Below are positions 13,101-25,232 of a DNA stretch of 64,000 bases, piece by piece; positions within the stretch are counted from its first letter, which is position 1; every line of letters starts with the position of its first letter. Location: contig CM119379.1 in the NCBI GenBank assembly GCA_051294905.1, positions 1,178,001 to 1,242,000 on the forward strand, written 5' to 3'. Position numbers and translations under genes: made by a program. This stretch comes from Botryllus schlosseri (lineage: Eukaryota). Below the pieces are notes generated by a model. It did no database searches, was not told the origin of the DNA, and saw nothing but the letters and a program-made list of their open reading frames with translations.

Positions 13101-16100
13101 GTTATGAAAGTGCGATTTCCAGTATTGTCACACTGAATGTGCGCGGTTGCTTTGTTCCCACAACTGTGCCATAGTATTTACGTAACCTCTTGGATAAGTT
13201 ATATAGTTCGGTACAAGTCAAAACTTACGGACGCAATGACATCATTGTACACATCTGCTACCCGTGGATCGACATTTTCTTCTCCGTCGGTTAGAACGAT
13301 AATATGTCCGCCACCAGCGTATTCCTGGCTCGGACCTTTCAATACCTAATGAAAGTAATAATTGTCAATAACGAGGCTACAAATACCGGTTAATTGGTAC
13401 GGAATATAACAGTGGATCTTAGCTTTCGAAAACCCACGGAACCCTTAAGCTATCTTCAATCCTTCGCGGAACCCCAACATTTAGCTGAATCATAAAAACA
13501 AAAATATTGCAACGAACAACACATTCATATTCGCGATTTATTCACCCTAAGCTTTTCAACTGACCCCGTCGGGAGTGGTCGTCAGTAAATACGGAGATTG
13601 TATTCGTATATATACTCGTTAACGTTTGTTTTGTACCGTTACTATACCGTATCTTGCCCGTCTACTAGTTGTTTGTTTTTGTTATTATTACGTCATAGAC
13701 ACAAAATAGTTCTTACATTTCGAATTTGATCCACCCTATCACTGACGTTCGCTACTGATGAGGGTCAGTCGAAAAGCTTTTAGCGAATAAACTAACAATA
13801 TGAAGTTATTGTTTCGCGTTATTCTGAAGTTCTGTACCACAAATCACTTGTTCAGATTGAAATTCGAAATGTAAAAATGAAATTGGTAGCGTGACGTAAG
13901 AATGGTATAACAACAATAACCGAGAATTCACAAAACCAGAACGGCAAATAGGCAATTAGTGCAATACAAATTGCCTATAATATATAGCCAGAGACGCAAC
14001 ACTAATGAAATACACGGAGAGAATAGAGTCGATCCATTTGCCGACAAAGAATCGATTGCTCTAGTTTTATTATAGTCGCTTCTAGAACATTTAAATGGAA
14101 CAGACTACGTCCGCGAGCAAGAATTGAAAATCTGTTATCGTTGTACGATTTTGCAGACTCTGGACTTTAACACATCTAATACCTCACTATAGATTACTGG
14201 TGCACAACATAATGTTAAAAAAATCGATAAAATAATATTATCACATAGACCGAAAATAATATAATGAATACGTATTGCAGATCAATGTGACTTACGCTGT
14301 TTCCTACATGAGATATCGGTCCAGAACTGCTAGGCTTTACATTGGGAAGGGCTATCGTATAGTTCGGTCAAAACGCAACAACACGATACCAATTGCTTAA
14401 TTAGAAATGAGCTTATTACTGCTTGAGATAGAATTGGCCTTTCAGAACGATTGGGTTTCAGTTTTGAACGTCAACCTCTCCTGCGTATGTCACTGCACAC
14501 GACACAACACAACTGTCACAATGCGACTGCTGACCGGGCCCAATGATCTGCAACCCATGATGGCCAAGACAGGCGTGTCAACAAAATTCATATCCAAGGA
14601 TTGAGTGTGTGTCGTGACCTCCGAGGAGCCTCTTAAGACTAGCCCGCGTAACCGCTAATGTTCCATGGAACACGGATTAAGAACTGCAGGATTACAATAA
14701 GGTACTGTTAATTTGAGTACATAAACATTACATATCATTGTAAGCCTCATTTTCTGGAACGTACCAACCTATGTGTATACCGGTGTGCATGTTAGTGAAA
14801 CGCCTTCTCGCGTTATATCATTTCTATACTTCTCACCTTCAAACCTTCTAGTATACCCAGTCCGATAGCTGTCGCCCCACCCGGGGCCCTGCTGTCTATG
14901 AGAACGCGAAGTTCATCTCTAACGCTGTCGTCTAGAGTTCGCAATTCACTCAGGCGAGTGGCAAGGTCCGAAAAGGAGACCAGGCCGACCAGGGATGCGT
15001 CCGAGGCAAAGTCGGTGACGAATAGTCCCGCTGCGCGTTGCATGACAGTGATCCGGTCCTGGAAAATTTGCAAGGATCGTGAATACCGACTTCAGATAAC
15101 TTCAGTTGTCTAACTGGACTATTTAGAGAGAGATGCCGGTGATGTAGTTCTAATCTAATTTCTGAAATGTTTCTATGCTCAATTTCTATTCTGATAGGCT
15201 TTCCTGAAAATGCTACAGCGGAACCGTATAGTGCCCAGAATATATCTAAATAACATTGTCGTGCTTATATGATAATGAACTTGGAATCGATAAAAACTGA
15301 TTTATATATTATTATTATTATTTTGTGAGTTTTGAGTATCTCCGTTTCCGGCCTTGTGCGTCAAGGACAATAATAATTTCTTTCTGCGCTATACGGATAA
15401 GTAATTGAAAGCAATTCTAAGCCTACATATGCTCGTCACATATAAAGTGATACATTGCGTATAGTATATGTGGTATACGGCCAACTGTTTGGGGATCATA
15501 ACACGCTGAACTCGATTTTTGTTGTATTTCTTTTGCGAATTCAGTAATTCTAATGCTAATCTAATTTGGAAAAGCCGACATTTTCTAGTGGTCAAATGCT
15601 GCGTGAATACGTTTATTCGGTTTAAGCTGTCCTGTTATTTTAGACACGTAAATATAACACGACTTCCGGAGATTGCGAGCTTATAATCCACAGTCATGTT
15701 TTTAGTTTCCAGTAAAACACACAGGTAATGCGATACTCCTTCAATTGAAACAGAATATATACTATTCCGTACTAACATTTATGGCCATGCTCCCCGAAAC
15801 ATCCATCACCAGCACAAATCTCGTCGGCAATGTTCGAACCACCGATATCGTGGGAGTCGTATCAACGATGCTTTCATTGGGAGGATTGTTGTTGTCTCTG
15901 AAGTCCGCCGACTCCAAAATCACGTCCCACGTACTGCGCAAATTACACAGCCGATTTTGCTCGTTCGGCGCGAGTTGGTTGTGGATATTTGCCGGGTCAG
16001 AGTTGTTGCTGTGGCAGAAGGACACGATCTGCCGAAATCATAAGTGGTTCTGTTAGGGACATGTACCGAGCGAGATAAATGTAACATACATCGTTGACAT

Positions 16101-19100
16101 ATTGATGGGACATAATCGATGCCGATAGTTCATCCGGTTGCGTGCCATACGGAGCGAATTGACAGCCGGCCTCCGGTAAAAGAGTCGTTGGGTCGATTTC
16201 GCAATTCTTGTAATTAAACGTCTCGTAATCTACGATGATGTTTTGTCCTTCCATGGTCGCGGGACACCTACGAAAAATGTGCAGCTTAGGAGTCTAATTT
16301 TGCCCGCAGTTCGGCATATCCGTTGAACATGTGACACAATGAGCAACCATCACGGTTGAGAAGACGTGGGCAAACCGGGCTGTAATGGCTCCACGTGAGT
16401 CGTGCTCGAGTCCCAATTTTTCGTAGACTCACTTGGATCAATTTGTATATCGAGACTTGTACTCGAGGTATTGTGCACCAAGTACACTGTACACCAAGTC
16501 ATCGACTCGAGACATCGTATATGACTTGATTCAAATCTCGTGTATCAGGAATCATATTAACATATTACGTTTCAGAGAAATGAGTATATTATGAATGTCA
16601 GACCTTCGATATCACCCACGAGTTATACAGAAGTGAGTTCAACATGACTTGAAGTCGATAATGAACTGTGAAAATTACGACTTGCGGACTCGAATCTCAT
16701 CACCATGACTCAGACTCGACCAGTTGCTCCCTGACTAGAGCTCGGACTTTACCCGGTGGTGAATTGAAAATGGCTCGAGTCAAAACTATCAAAGTAAAAT
16801 TGACTTGTGACTCAGAACCTTGTGGCGCGGATATTGTACTGGGTCAAAGTAGTTGTTGACACCCAAGTAGAAGTAAATTGCCTCTCATGATGGCTACAAG
16901 TAGCTGAAGCGATCTCAAAGTAAGTGAAAGAGTAGGTATTCTATAGATATAGTTTTACCTTTAAAAATTAATACCGTCAAGTAGAAGAAGAGGGGGTCAA
17001 AGTAATCACCGTCGGTAATCGAGTAGAAATAGAAGTAACGGCTTGAATTTCTACTCAGGTACAACTAAAACTATAGTCTATCATCAAAATCACTTGATAT
17101 AGTATTGCGAGTTGGCGGCATCTTCTTGAAGAACTTCGAAAAGTGGAAGTAATTCGTTACTGACCACATCTGAGAAGAAGACGTAAAATCATATTTTGTA
17201 TCATTCAATACATGACGCGCCACATTGATCTTTGTCATGTTTCGTTGGCTTTTCTCGCGATGAGTTTGTTATGCGATAAAGTCTTACCTCGTGGCTGTAG
17301 CCACATTGTCACGATCCAAATAAAACTCAGGATATCCGGCAGTTGGACCTTCGTCAAAAACACCCCATCGCAAATGAGCCCACTCGTGTACCATCACCTT
17401 ACCTAAATGAAAGGTCATTCTAAATTAGACCTGCCATATTTTCAGTACCACAAAAGGGGGTGTTTTGCCAGAATGTAAAATGGAAGTAGAATTGTTATGT
17501 TTTACTTTCCTTACACAAAATCATTAAGGTTAGAAAAACACAGTTACAAAAATAGAAAACAAAACAATATTTTTACAGAGTTCGCGAAATTGTTTACACG
17601 AAATACCTATAGACTTATAAATACAGAACCGTCAATTTGCTCGTACATCTGCTAAATTGTATCTTGCGCCAGAACAATTGCACCATATCCTCACATGTAA
17701 ATAAAAACGCAGATGTAACAGAGAACATCTAACAATGGCTGCAATAACAACCAACAAGGTATAGGGTTGGTAAGATAATTTGTTCGAAAATCTTTTTTTT
17801 AAACCAGCAATTACGTTTCATGCTTTGTATTTTGAAGATAAATGTAACATCTTGCATGTTGAAGGTATAAGCAACGAACTGAAAATGCGAAAAAAGAGGA
17901 CATTCGGCATTTTTGAGCGCCTTCGGAGAACCGATCACTTTTCTTCAGAAAAAAGTACAAATCCTTCTAAAAGAGTACATATGATTTGCTTTTTCTTAAT
18001 GCCTTAAGATATGTGAATTACCATTTCGTAATCTAGTTGTATAATTAGACTAATTAAAACGAAATGAAGGTAATATAATTCTAATCTAATTTTTGAAATG
18101 TTTCCATGCTCTAATTTTACTGCAGTTCTAATTTTTGTTTTTCATGAAAGTGCTACTGGAGAATGGTATAGTGCGAAACGAGCCATGCTCGCTGTAGCCT
18201 ACTGAAATTTGCCATTCTCGTACAAAGAAATCTAATTTGATGCGAACTGAGCTTGATCCAGATCCCAAGTTCACGTGAATTCAGAAATTTCTATTCTAAT
18301 CTAATTTCAAAAATGATATGAAGATAATAATTTTAATTCAAACCTGAACAGAAAAAAAATCTAAAACTATAATTCTAATTCTGATTTATTTTGAAAAAAG
18401 CTGAAAATTTTCTAGTTTTTCTACTATGAAATAATTGTATGGTTATATTTACCTCGGTCTCCAGTATCAGAAACATATACCGGGGATGTTACGTAATCCG
18501 GCGTGACATGGATGTATTGTCCAGGCTGCCCACAAGCTCCGTACTGCAGCGTATACGGAAAATGACCAAAAGAAGGATTTTCCTGAGCCACGATTATATC
18601 AGCCTGCAATATATGTTACAATTTATTAATCGTAAAAAACTAACAACCCAAATCCGGTCAGACCAAGGAATACGATTCTCCTTGAGTGGCTGCTGAATAA
18701 GTTCCATTCGTCCACGATTCCGGCACGAGGATTTTCACAGAGCGAAAAAATGCCCTGTGTTTTGTAGCTTCGAATAGGCTACGAGATGATTCGCTTATCA
18801 TTACCTGTTGAAATTTAAATAATGTTACTAATACAGTATCAAATGTAGACTGGCGTGAGCGCATTGACAAATTCATATGATCAGTTTTGCGAAGCGTGTC
18901 GGTAAAACGAAACAAATCACACTGCTATAAATCCTGTATTGGAATCTCAGCCGATACATTCAAATAATACTTTATGGCAATTGACTTGAATTGGTCGCTT
19001 CAGACGGACGTGGACAACTAGATAATTCTTGTTATCTAATTAGCCTATAATTAGAGCGGAATACCAGTAATGTAATTCTAATTTCCTTGTGACTTTCTTT

Positions 19101-19686
19101 GCTCTAATTCCAATTTGTGAAATGTTTCTATGCTCTCAAATTGATTCTGATCTGATGTATGGTTTTCCTGAAATGCCATAGGAGAACTGTATAGTGCGAA
19201 GCTAGCAAATTATGCCGTAAACAGACATTATTCATTATCATATGATATGAGCTGGACTCCATTCAATCTCCATGTTTTCGCGAGTTCAGTAATTATTATT
19301 TTATTCTAAATTTAAAAAATCTGTGTAGCTATAATTAAAATTCTAATCTAATTGAAAATATCGTGTGTAATTACAATTGTAATTGTAATCTAATTTGTGA
19401 AATACTGTATATAACTATAATTCTAATACTAATCTAATTTAGAAATGCTGTGTATTTTCTAGTTGTCTAAGTCTATCAACAACAAAAATGATGGCGGTTA
19501 AAATTCATCGCTACATACCTTCAATGATTCTATCAGCGCTGGATCTTCGGGCATAGAGGGGTTGATAGCAATGACAACCTCGTCATACCCGTTGTTTCTT
19601 AGGGTAGCTCTGCTAGAGCAGTATACTCTTCCATATAACGCAACGCCGAGGAGGAGAGCCAATCTAATAGGTATAAGATTTTTCAT
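1129..19686 (-). CDS. CLCA: Calcium-activated chloride channel regulator (CLCA family), 19 coding exons, about 1006 aa, with signal peptide, zinc metalloprotease domain, vWA, FnIII and a C-terminal TM helix
   Basis: Exons (minus strand): 19519-19686, 18664-18804, 18453-18603, 17288-17402, 16090-16267, 15777-16028, 14837-15058, 13229-13345, 11938-12129, 11075-11332, 10062-10229, 8185-8287, 7584-7663, 7307-7515, 3161-3309, 2751-2931, 2147-2238, 1783-1890, 1129-1265. All introns are GT-AG, phases agree, total 3021 nt with no internal stop. Motifs: NNGYDEVVIAINP, LFEATKHRAFF, HEWAHLRWGVFDE, HNQLAPNEQNRLC, vWA MIDAS DVSGSM..TAIG..LTDGE, DNGAGADIRQNDGIYSRYF, QITDL..FTAPGDD, VSNIA, TM AIIIGVSVVGAVLILSAVLYAVL. 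Confidence 0.95.
3487..3539. repeat. (TAC)n microsatellite
   Basis: About 17 imperfect TAC units. It produces the spurious poly-Tyr and poly-Leu ORFs. Confidence 0.95.
4232..4508 (+). mobile_element. tRNA-derived SINE, family A
   Basis: A box TAGCGCAGTGG, B box GTTCGAGTCC, (AAAC/AAC)n tail and 14-bp TSD ACATGGGCTGCAAG (4218-4231, 4509-4522). Confidence 0.88.
5574..7040 (+). mobile_element. Non-autonomous hAT element with SPIN/GTF2IRD2-like transposase C-terminal remnant
   Basis: TIRs CAGGGGTCACCAAC / GTTGGTGACCCCG. 6186-6498 reads FW..EKY..FGSTYRCETAF then MN.MKNKHR.ELT..HL..SLRL..QCQACH (frameshifted). No TSD found. Confidence 0.8.
6655..6842 (+). mobile_element. Short Penelope-like pLTR fragment with inverted 5' copy and a degenerate hammerhead motif
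   Basis: CTGACGA-GTTTCAGCC-GAAA-ATATT-C at 6783-6808. The approximately 40-nt 3' part is repeated in inverted form at about 6680-6720. The same 3' sequence occurs at 1318-1372. Confidence 0.5.
8437..8736. mobile_element. hAT MITE (family M1)
   Basis: TIR CAG(G/T)GGTTCTCAAC and 8-bp TSD CTCTAAAA on both sides. Confidence 0.88.
9154..10033 (-). mobile_element. hAT deletion derivative with transposase C-terminal remnant
   Basis: TIR TAGGGCAATTTTTTTT, TSD ATAATAAT and subterminal TTTTGACC repeats. ORF 9479-9715 contains PTNAAVERSFSVLGKL. Confidence 0.88.
10666..10918 (+). mobile_element. Older, diverged member of SINE family A
   Basis: GACGAGATAGCGTAGTG head and colinear blocks GGAGGT..GGCTC.TCCTCGCCA, GGGCC.TGCTA.AAGTCGGCAG and GAAGAATATCGG. 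Confidence 0.7.
11361..11878. mobile_element. Tc1/mariner (pogo-like) MITE
   Basis: TA|CAGTCGAA ... GTCGACTG|TA termini with a TA target duplication. Confidence 0.7.
13748..13787 (+). ncRNA. Minimal type I hammerhead ribozyme motif (Penelope-associated type)
   Basis: TTCGCTA-CTGATGA-GGGTCAGTC-GAAA-AGCTT-T-TAGCGAA. 7-bp stem I, intact core, palindromic AAGCTT helix III, followed by AATAAA. Confidence 0.7.
19011..19469. mobile_element. Foldback-type TIR element with ATTCTAATCTAATTTG subrepeats
   Basis: Ends TGGACAACTAG / CTAGTTGTCTA. Related copies or fragments at about 1375-1552, 12415-12620, 15115-15590, 18030-18425, 20800-21030 and 62136-62815. Confidence 0.65.
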
Positions 19687-20283
19687 GGTCTTCAATGTTG
19701 TTCACGAAACGACGGATTTTTAAAAGATTTCACGGTGTATCTTGTATATACTTATTTATCTTAAGTATAAACAATTTGCTTGTAAGTTGTCATATTCTGA
19801 ATATGGTGGCCGTCTTCATTGTAGAAATATTTGTCACATAATAAGCATCTAACTGAATCTGATTATGAAATCCGATAGAAGTTATACCTGGACTCCATAC
19901 GTTGTCTCGACTTATAAACCGAATATATTTATTTCCAAACCTGGCATTTACTATATCAACTGCGTAAAAGATGTTTACACGTTGCTTCTAAGATGTGAGC
20001 GATACGCAAAAAATAAAACGTGCTGTCGAAAGGATGCATACGTTAAATCCGGACGGGATTTGTTTCCCCAGAATTCATAATACATTATATTCATCAAATG
20101 CTCACTAAAAATTAGCTACAACTTAGCATTTACATTTACAATCTTGTTCTAAAGTGCCATATTAACTTTCCGATTTACTGTATATAGGCGGTATAGCGTA
20201 TATATCTCTGGTTAGCAGACGTACATGCCATAATGAGCAACTTGGACCAGTAATTGCCTAATATATATATGTGTAAGAATTCT

Positions 20284-20663
20284 CTAAAGTACCAGGTGGC
20301 TAACATGGTGCGATTGTCGTTGTTCTTTGATAGTCGAGAAAAAACACTCCAATAATAAATAAACCAAGATTTACGTATATTAGGAATGGGATTCCCATGT
20401 TGTAATATCGCTGTACGCGCCTTTTCTCGATCATGTCGTACATACATCGGTTCAACTCGGGCCATTATTCGGAAAAAAGTACTCTCCGAATTCGGCGGAT
20501 AAGAACAATGCATATATATTAAACAATAACAGACAATTGTTCGTGATGATGTATTCAAAGGGCGCGTCATCGTTAATGAAGGCATTGGCACGTACGGTCA
20601 TCCGAAAAGGAGTGGGTATAGAAATTCCGCTTATTGCTTCCCCAGGGAATTTTGCCGTGACTT
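20284..20663 (-). pseudogene. Possible degenerate exon resembling an ionotropic glutamate receptor S2 lobe plus M4 helix
   Basis: After TTTTAG: VTAKFPGEAISG..ANAFINDDAPFEYIITNNCLLLFNIYALFLSAEFGEYFFPNNGP, then a frameshift near 20460, then ELNRCMYDMIEKRRVQRYYNMGIPFLIYVNLGLFIIGVFFSTIKE..*. Similarity judged by eye only. Confidence 0.35.
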
Positions 20664-21654
20664 CTAAAACTCTATATCGAAGTAGTCAGCATTCACAATA
20701 CTATCTTATTGTATGTGTTGCAATCATATCATTGTGACTTGTCGACTTTGATTCAATGGCGGCGAAATACCGGTAACCTAATTATAATGGAATTTGTAAA
20801 ACTTATATTTGCGCTAATTTTTATTCTTATCTAATTTGTGAAAGGTTTCAATGATATATTGTTAATTCTAGTGTGATTTCTGGTTTTCCTAAAAATCCTA
20901 CATTAAAACTGTATAGTGCGAAACGAGCCAAGTTTGCTGTACAGACACTAGTCATTCTCTTGCTTATAAGAGTGAGTTCGGTTTCGACACTAATTGAAAT
21001 TGATTCAATTTCCTAGTTTTCGCGATTTCTTGCGGGAATTTTCCGAAATTAGCCTGCCTTTCGATTCAAGTCATGCGAATTCAACTTATTTGATAATTTC
21101 TCGTTGACCAGAGCTAGATTAAAAATAGGTATTAGAATTAACATCTCAGTCTATCGTCTCCCTCGCCTCCCTGAAAATGAACGAAATGATGGACTGGCAA
21201 TATGTTCTAAATTCTTTTCGTTCATGGTTAGAATGGGTCATAAATGGTCCTTCGAAATACAAATCAACAATTTCAAATTGGAATGCAGTTATCCTTGCCC
21301 GTACATGACGTGCCAAACTCTAATGCTTTAATGTCACGTAAGATAACACACTACCGGCTCGTTCAACTACCTTAGCACGGACGATTGCGAGACTAGCGGG
21401 TTTATCTTTTCATCTTTTCAACTTTTTCCTCTGAAAATCAAAATTCTCTCGCTCAAGCGTGGCCTGATGAGTCAAGGAGACATCGTAGCAAAATCTGAAG
21501 ATTCTGAATTCCGATAATTCGGGCCAAAAAATTATGACCGGAGATATTTAGTGACCTAGATCTGCCGTGACCTGAATCCCTGATGTTCGCAGCAGCGAAC
21601 AAGTCGTAATCGCACAGCTATACGCGGTAAAAACGCCGGGGTCGATTATTATAA

Positions 21655-22030
21655 TTATCAGTGTCAGTTTAATAATATTTTAATCACTTGAAAACACCAA
21701 AAGACTGCGATACAATGAAAAGATAGGAAGTTGTCGAAACGACTTGAAGTAGTCTTTGAAATCGGACACCCGGGCCTAGGCGATGTAAATAAGAGGCATG
21801 CACACTGGATGGAAAGAAATAAGGGATAACATAAAACTACTAGCAATGAATATGAATGACGCATGGTATCGATTGGCGAGGTTGATATGCCAGATCGAGG
21901 TCCAGTAATCTTGACGGCTGAAATTGCTTGTGTTTCAACTTGAATGCGGACATGCTCGGCGATTGTCGGATAGCGGGCGAGATGGTGTTCCACAAATCAG
22001 GTCCTGCATACTTGATGTTTTCTTATATTC
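21655..22030 (-). mobile_element. Second truncated copy of the same Crack/Daphne-like LINE
   Basis: NIKYAGPDLWNTISPAIRQSPSMSAFKLKHKQ, plus a 3' UTR homologous to about 34770-34990. Confidence 0.8.
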
Positions 22031-22816
22031 AGTCCTGATTATATGATAGTTATAGTATTGTCGCTCTATTGTATTATGTTTTGTTACCCAGCCTAAACAT
22101 AATAGTGCTATACATATAGTCATAGTCATCGTGGTGATAAGAGAGATTTAGCCGTAAGCGCGGACGTTGGAATTTTGTTTATTATTTTTCGATCGCGATT
22201 CGGGTTTCTCTGGAGGCCAGGAACCTTTTTGTCAGAAGTAATACGGCGGTTCCAATGATAACCGAATTATATTCTTTGAGTAACTATTATATTCTCAATA
22301 TAACCTACATACGAAAACGTTTTCGCCTCTGTGAATAACAAATTTTGGATCCATTTGGGCAACTGTGTTTGAACTATTTTGCCTTGAAATTGGTGTCAAA
22401 TGTCATTGTTGCGAATGCGGACGAGAGTGAAAACGCAGCTTTACCGTCGGATGGTAAATATCAATATGTGGCATGAAATTGCAGTATTTCTTACTAAAAT
22501 CCAAACATTTTTTTATGAAATCTGCTGCATAACACAGGCATTTTTCCATTTTCCATTTACTGTGTGGCGGCATGTTTGACACCGCCGAGTAAGCTATTTT
22601 CCATTGAGCGTATAAACTAACATGACTAACATTTTCTGATCATTTTGGGTAAACTTATCAGCCAGCGTCAGATATTGGTGATGGAAAAAGTTGGGCGCTA
22701 ATCTAGTATAGAACCTCTCGAAGTGAGATTTCCTAATACCTCATTCCCATAGGTGAAATTGCAAAACCTCGATCTCAGCTATAGGGGGAAAACATTAAAT
22801 TTACGCAACTCGGGAC

Positions 22817-23332
22817 TAGGGCTGGGCAAAATCGAGTACCTGAGTGATTCGATTCTGAATCACGTAATATGGTTCGAATCGAGTCGAGTAATCGAGTATC
22901 ACTCAATATGACGTCACAACAGAATGTAACACGTTAAAGTTCAAATATGCACCATTTATTCCATCACAAAGAATATAATGCATGTTATCAATCTCATAAA
23001 ACATACTTTGGTATTTTTCGACCATACCGATTTCATTCCACTTGGTGCCAATGTTGTGGGATAATCATGACGTCGGAAATGTGCTACGCCCAGTAACTTT
23101 CGTAGCTTTGTAATATATGTTTCGTATGCTACGATACCGCTAATCAAGGTTTCAAGGCTTCAACAGTGGAAAATACTATCGAAACTATAATTCTCGTTGA
23201 TAGATTACCTTTGAGTCGTGAGAAGCGTATAATTTCAGTACTCAAAAAAATCGTCTTTTACTACTCGACTCGAATCATTAAAATAAATACTCGATTCAGA
23301 TTCGAGTACTAGAATCATTGTGCCCAGCCCTA
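22817..23332. mobile_element. hAT MITE
   Basis: TIR TAGGGCTGGGCA, TSD CTCGGGAC and subterminal TCGAGTA repeats. Confidence 0.88.
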
Positions 23333-23435
23333 CTCGGGACTATTATTTTGAACGATCTAACCCAGGGGTTCCCAACTTTTTTCGACTCATCGTCCCCTTT
23401 TGAAGCTCCACGCCGATCATCGCCCCCCAAATATT

Positions 23436-25232
23436 GGGGACCGAAAAACAGCACTCCGTCAGCCCCCCCCCCAAAAAAAATCACGTTGGTCGTTGGCCCC
23501 ATAGGGTGATAAACCAAACCCCAGACCCCCTCAGCTAGTGGGCTTTTTGTCGCTACATATCAGTTATACCCTATTTCATGTACTGTTTGGTGAGCCACCA
23601 TATTTCGCCTAAACGCGCGAAGCGCGACAACTTTATATAATTCATGTTCGGTCAATATGTTCGATTTGGTATGTTGGAAAAGGTAGGACCCCTAAATAAT
23701 AATTAAACATCTTCGGGCGGACCCGTTGGTATAATAACTACGTTACATTATGCTATTTCGGGACCTCCTATCTGTTATGTCAAAAGATATTGAAATCGCC
23801 CAAACTTACTAAACTAAAAGACGCACACGATTTCAAATTGGTGTATCTTTACTGGCTAATATTTTTTCCTTGCGGGATGACATTTGTCTTGTGGAGTTCA
23901 GATCGCCAGGACAGGAACATTCGGCGCCAGCCATTTAGGCGCCTATAGACAATTAAATATTGTATATATATCGAGGTTTTCGTTCAGCACAAGGACGGTC
24001 CTTTTCGGCCAAGGTCTTCTCGCTTCTGATCCTTCTGGTACACTTCTCGGATACGCATTTTACATGGCCTATACTCCATATGTCTTGGTGCGTCGTGACG
24101 CGATAATGGCCTACGCCAAGGGTGTCAAACTGAACTTATTGCGTCGCGGGCCGGATTCAAACTTTCAAACTCGTCGCGAGTCAGACCAGTCAAATGATCC
24201 CATAATGTTACTTAAAAATGCTCGCCCTTGCTTTACGCTTGGATAATATAATATCAATATTGTAAACCTAATAGTATATTACATTACATTCACGATCATA
24301 GGGTTATATTCTGGCAACACCATTACTCGCAAACGACGAAGTTTTGGCAAAAAATCGTAGAATTTTCGTTTGAATTCAACCGTTCAAACACTGACTCTAA
24401 CGACGGAATAAGTTGGCAAATTTCTCAGCTCCCTTTGTTTTAGTCGTAATCTGGCGTTAACTCGGCGTATGTGTTGTGAGGAATACAAGTGACTTAATTG
24501 TAAATGCGGACTTTAGAATTTGGCTCATTATCATTAATTCGGGTTTCTCCGTCTGTCTGGGACCTTTTGAGTCAGAAGTGATGAAGCAATGTGACCAAAT
24601 ATATTCGAATTATACTTTTGTGTAACCGTTATATTCGCCATGCGACCTGCATATAACAATTTCGCTTTCGCTTTTTCGCTTCGCGAATAACTACTTTTGG
24701 ACTCATCTTTTTATAAAAATCTGAACTCAATGTGCACTTTTTTGAGTTTTGAGAATTGTATGTCAGTGTCACCAACTTATTCCTGATGGTGAATAGAGTG
24801 AAAACATAACACCGGTGTCGGATAATTATAATACGGCCTATGATCTTGACATTTGTGGCCTTTCGGGAAGTATTTCATATAATAAATATCTCGACATTTG
24901 TTAGAAAATGTGCTGGATAATACAGTTCTTTAATATACACAGAATTGCTTCGTGGGCCGGATGCGGACCGCGGGTCGTATGTTTGACACCCCTGGCCTAC
25001 ACCTAAGTGCCCATTTCTATAAATCATGTCTATTTTTGGTTGGGGGTGGGTACCCAATAATCAAGTTAAAGCAACATTAAATCGCGCACCATACGAAATT
25101 TTTTTGAAAAAGTTGCATAAATTTCCAAAGAAATACTTCATAATTTATGTTAATTTACGAAATAATTCTGTTCTCACTTAGAACTCGCCCAGCCTTCTCA
25201 ATTGGTGGGTTTGGGTGCTGCAGTTACGGTCC
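23436..25232. mobile_element. hAT-type non-autonomous element, same family as 45663-53956
   Basis: Shares ACAGCACT.CGTCAGCCCCCC start, colinear internal blocks and the CAGTTACGG.CCT end. No clear TSD. Confidence 0.7.
24117..24994. mobile_element. hAT MITE nested in 23436-25232
   Basis: TIR CA(A/G)GGGTGTCAAAC and TSD GCCTAC(G/A)C. The empty site is visible at about 53710-53722. Confidence 0.82.

Noticed and set aside
21463-21495. Hammerhead at CTGATGAGTC..GAC
   Set aside because: No GAAA follows stem II and there is no stem I partner.
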